Below are positions 28,619 to 32,000 of a DNA stretch of 32,000 nucleotides, piece by piece. The position numbers were made by a program, and so were the translations under genes. Every line of letters starts with the position of its first letter. The stretch's first letter is position 1. Below the pieces are notes generated by a model, which had not been told where the DNA came from, ran no database searches, and was given only the letters and a program-made list of their open reading frames with translations. The DNA comes from Cylindrospermopsis raciborskii Cr2010 (GTDB lineage Bacteria > Cyanobacteriota > Cyanobacteriia > Cyanobacteriales > Nostocaceae), in NCBI RefSeq assembly GCF_003367075.2, contig NZ_CP065936.1, forward strand, positions 390,001 to 422,000. Direction: 5' to 3'.

Positions 28619-30169
28619 CTAAGCCAAAAGGTCACCCTCTTGACTCGTCTTCAGAACCGTGCATGAATTTTTCAATTCACACGGCTCCTCAATGGGGTGG
28701 GACTTGTCTTGTCTACCTAGCATACCGTCTTTAACAGCTTTTGCCTGGGGATGAATATTCTGTGTGCTTCCAGATCTTCTTAATTTCAAATCTTGGTGGA
28801 TATGTTGGTGCTTCATCAGTTCGTAGGTTTTACCCCCCGAGTTCTGGTGACAAAATCTCCAACTCTCTCCCATTGACCAGTATTTTTTACTAATCCATCT
28901 CTTACCTTTTTGGTTGTGTCGTCGTCGTGACCAAGCTCTTAATTTAGATTGTAACTCAAAATCTACCTTGCTAAAAATGCGATCGCTTATTAGGGGAGAG
29001 TAGTATTTTGTCCAGCTTTCAATTAAGGGATTCAGCTTACTAATCAGCACTGATTGTTTAGCGGATCGGTGCTGGTCAATAATTGCTCCCAGGGACTTAG
29101 TATGGTGTTCTAGGCTTTCTTTACTAATAGAAATCAAAGTGCTATAGCTGGTGTTATAATGGTTTGACCCTGAATCAGAGTTTTGGGATAATTTGTCATG
29201 GGTGACAAACTGTCTAATATAAAACCCCAAAAAGTTACAACCCACATTTCCCTGATAATCATAGAGACTGTGGGAGACCCTGCTTCCTCCCGCTTTCAGC
29301 TGTAAACCCACTTCTGATAGCCATTGGGTAATAATATTCTGACACAGAATAATCACTTCCAATTCCTGATGTACCAGCACGAATCTACCTTTGTGCTTAA
29401 CAAAGTGAGGAATTACATCACAGCCAAAACTAGTAGTATCAGCTATTAGACCAACCCAATTAATCCTCCGTTGCAATTCCCCTAAAGCTGCACCCAATAA
29501 AAGGGAACATAGGGAATGTGGGTGATTGAGAAAACCCAACTTCAACCATAATTTGATTTGTTTCCCCAGTAATGGAAAAGTATTAAGCTGCTTGAGGAAA
29601 TATTCAGGGTTAACCCCCTGGAAACTTTCTTCCAACTCACCAACTAAAACATACTTAGGTTTTTTTACCACTTCCCTGCGAATAGACCTAATAGCATCAT
29701 AACAAGAAATATCAGAATTAGCCTCGTGTAAACCCAAATTTAACTTTGCATCCCATTCTGGACTCATCGCCATACTAATAAGCAAAGTCAGAGCCTGGTT
29801 GTATATAGTAAACACAACCAAAGAAAGATTTTTCCTGACCAGTAGTGATTTGGCAATAACAGAGAGTTCCCTAGCCAAAACCAGTTTTTGTTCAGGAGAG
29901 AAAGATTTAGCACCCTGGTCCTGGGGAAATACCCCCTTCACCGCAATACATCTTGCTGACCAAGATTTAATTAACAGCTTCTGGAGCTTATGAACCGTTT
30001 TGACATCCCCACGCTGCGAGGCTTTGTATATTCTCTTTTGCAGCTTAAAAACATGACGTTCCAGTTTTTTCCAAGGAATTTCTTGCCAGTTTACATCTGA
30101 CTCAATTTCCCCAGGAACTGGTCCATTGTTTTTCCATTCCATCCGCAAGTTATTTTGGGCCTTGGACAT
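28619..30169 (-). CDS. group II intron-encoded protein with degenerate RT domain and retained maturase domain, no HNH
   Basis: N-term WQEIPWKKLERHVFKLQKRIYKASQRGDVKTVHKLQKLLIKSWSARCIAVKGV and C-term LISKLNPLIESWTKYYS...FELQSKLRAWSRRRHNQKGKRWISKKYW are typical group II IEP; RT catalytic motifs are missing. Confidence 0.88.
   Translation of the reverse strand: MSKAQNNLRMEWKNNGPVPGEIESDVNWQEIPWKKLERHVFKLQKRIYKASQRGDVKTVHKLQKLLIKSWSARCIAVKGVFPQDQGAKSFSPEQKLVLARELSVIAKSLLVRKNLSLVVFTIYNQALTLLISMAMSPEWDAKLNLGLHEANSDISCYDAIRSIRREVVKKPKYVLVGELEESFQGVNPEYFLKQLNTFPLLGKQIKLWLKLGFLNHPHSLCSLLLGAALGELQRRINWVGLIADTTSFGCDVIPHFVKHKGRFVLVHQELEVIILCQNIITQWLSEVGLQLKAGGSRVSHSLYDYQGNVGCNFLGFYIRQFVTHDKLSQNSDSGSNHYNTSYSTLISISKESLEHHTKSLGAIIDQHRSAKQSVLISKLNPLIESWTKYYSPLISDRIFSKVDFELQSKLRAWSRRRHNQKGKRWISKKYWSMGESWRFCHQNSGGKTYELMKHQHIHQDLKLRRSGSTQNIHPQAKAVKDGMLGRQDKSHPIEEPCELKNSCTVLKTSQEGDLLA
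28622..28645 (-). ncRNA. group II intron domain VI hairpin (core)
   Basis: AGUCAAGAGG-GUGA-CCUUUUGGCU: 10 bp (including GU pairs) capped by a GNRA tetraloop, then UAGUUUAAC with an A eight nt from the intron 3' end. Confidence 0.8.
28654..28687 (-). ncRNA. group II intron domain V
   Basis: GAGCCGUGUGAAUUGAAAAAUUCAUGCACGGUUC: 8 bp stem, 2-nt bulge, 6 bp stem, GAAA loop; exactly 34 nt with AGC near the 5' end. Confidence 0.93.
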
Positions 30170-30825
30170 TTTTACTGCTACTTAAAACCATACATTCCAA
30201 CCCATCGTGTCTACGTCAGCTTATCCTTTGGCTCTCCCAAAGGCCAATGCTTCTTAGACAATCCCTCCTACTATGTTGCTTGCGGTTAGCACCTACTCAA
30301 GTTTTCGACCTCAACTCAAGAGCTAACATAGAGGTTACTTCGTTCCTAATCTTCGTTTGGCGTTAGTTTTAGAACCTCTCTCTCCACCGGGTTACTTCCA
30401 GGGTGCAAGGTTGCAAATAATGAATTTTCCAACCCTTTTCACCATTCCCAATTTTAGGAAAAGCCTAATCCGCGTTGGCTTATTGGTCATTACGATGGTT
30501 CTGTCGAAAGTTTGACCCCTAGGTCTGTTCATGACTAACTGTGCTAGAAGGGATTCCCAGTCGGACTCTATAGGTTACCTCCGTTTATCCCCGCTTCATT
30601 AGTTTGATGGCTACTCTCTCCAATGGGGGATATGCTTTCACCCATGCACCTTAGGGGAAGGAATTACCTGATATTCAATAATGTTCAGGTTCACCTTCAC
30701 GAAGATTAAGTTATCTGGGTTTATTCCACCCAGTGACCTATCCCTCAATCTTATTATTGGTTATGCAAGCTATAGCTGTTTTACAACTATTATTTGCACT
30801 CATAATCAGAATTGATTTCAGATCA

Positions 30826-31023
<198 letters not shown>

Positions 31024-31225
31024 CTACTGAATATAGTATAACAGAATGATGCCTGTGCCCAACCTCTTGTATCAAAAGTAAGCTTAAATTTTAACGGTTA
31101 TGTGAACCATTGATAATATTACTCTATATCATAAAATTTTCCTTGGCTTCAATAACAGAAAATTACCCACATTCCTTTTGGTTTTTGGTATAAATAAATC
31201 AGAATGATATTACCAACAAGCTACC

Positions 31226-31750
31226 ATGAAAACTAAACTCCAGGTTAAACTACTCCAGTATATCCTGATTAGGGACAAAACAGCTCAAGGTTTTACTCTG
31301 CTAGAACTACTAGTGGTTATTGTCATTATTGGTATACTGTCCGCGATCGCCTTGCCCTCTTTTTTTACCCAAGCCAACAAAGCTAAGGAATCAGAGGCTA
31401 AAACCTATGTCAGTTCCTTTAATAAAGCTCAAACCCTATACAGGCTAGAAAATACCGGGTTTGCTACCACTCTTAATCAGTTATCAATTACCGTTCCCGC
31501 ATCCACAGATTTTTACAACTACACGATTGGAGGGAGTGGTACTATTACCAACCTTACAGCAAGTACTAAAGACCCTAACTCCCTCAAAGGGTTTAGTGGT
31601 GGAGTAACCATATTGTCAGGAAGCGGACAAACCCAGTCTGTTGCCTGTCAAACTGAACAAGTGCAGCAAGTTCACCCTGTTGTTGTTCCCATTCTGGATT
31701 CTACCCAAGCCAAATGCGATGACACAAAAAATATGACCGCCATGAAATAA
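31226..31750 (+). CDS. type IV pilin-like protein
   Basis: Prepilin signature AQGFTLLELLVVIVIIGILSAIALPSFFTQANKAKESEAKTYVSSFNKAQTLYRLENTGFA. Confidence 0.9.
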   Translation: MKTKLQVKLLQYILIRDKTAQGFTLLELLVVIVIIGILSAIALPSFFTQANKAKESEAKTYVSSFNKAQTLYRLENTGFATTLNQLSITVPASTDFYNYTIGGSGTITNLTASTKDPNSLKGFSGGVTILSGSGQTQSVACQTEQVQQVHPVVVPILDSTQAKCDDTKNMTAMK

Positions 31751-31826
31751 TCAAATAAATTATAGCCTGAGCCAGAAAGTTTAGTACTGACTAGTCGTTC
31801 TGGCTCTCCCTTTTATTGATCGAGCG

Positions 31827-31894
31827 TAAAACCCCAACGCCCCCATGGGTTAGCCATCCTCATAAATAATCGTGCCTCCCTACTTGGCTGGTGG
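31827..31894 (+). repeat. dispersed palindromic repeat, copy F (partial 3' half)
   Basis: taaaaccccaacgcccccatgggttagccatcctcataaataatcgtgcctccctacttgg; diverged version of copies B and C. Confidence 0.7.
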
Positions 31895-32000
31895 TAGTAA
31901 TTACCGTACAAAAGCTAAAGATTCTCAATTTGAGGGAATATTGTATGATATGCTATGAGAGTTAAAACCAAAACTTAACCATAAAGTTAAATGTTGCACG

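Noticed and set aside
28619-30169. IEP as a simple pseudogene or an active retroelement
   Set aside because: Active retroelement is disfavoured by loss of YADD/TPQG motifs and HNH; simple pseudogene is disfavoured by the intact 516-codon frame, conserved X domain and well-formed DV/DVI. Neither is formally excluded without dN/dS or splicing data.

Overview
This window is a cyanobacterial chromosomal segment. HIP1 GCGATCGC sites, CP12, Ycf34/Ycf33-like proteins, a HetZ-like protein and an NTRC fusion point to a heterocystous Nostocales, possibly Raphidiopsis/Cylindrospermopsis (lineage is inferred). Most of it is housekeeping: purM, tsaB, CCA-adding enzyme, larC, Sua5/YrdC, rbfA, guaA, cbiD, trmB, a PRODH/P5CDH fusion, CP12 and two-component proteins. 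The most interesting region is 26.98-31.01 kb. There the gene for the NADPH-thioredoxin reductase/thioredoxin fusion (NTRC) is split by a group II intron of about 2.22 kb. Boundaries can be placed by sequence as 28613..30836 on the minus strand; removing it restores [17 protein letters not shown] and a 462-aa ORF. The intron has a 5' GUGCG, a 34-nt domain V and a domain VI hairpin. Its 516-aa encoded protein keeps the N-terminal and maturase (domain X) regions but has lost the RT catalytic motifs (no YADD, no TPQG) and any HNH domain, so it looks like a MatK-like, splicing-only maturase. Its reading frame runs through domains V and VI. Downstream, the thioredoxin domain of the same gene is tandemly duplicated together with a dispersed palindromic repeat, and the duplicate carries CGLC instead of CGPC.
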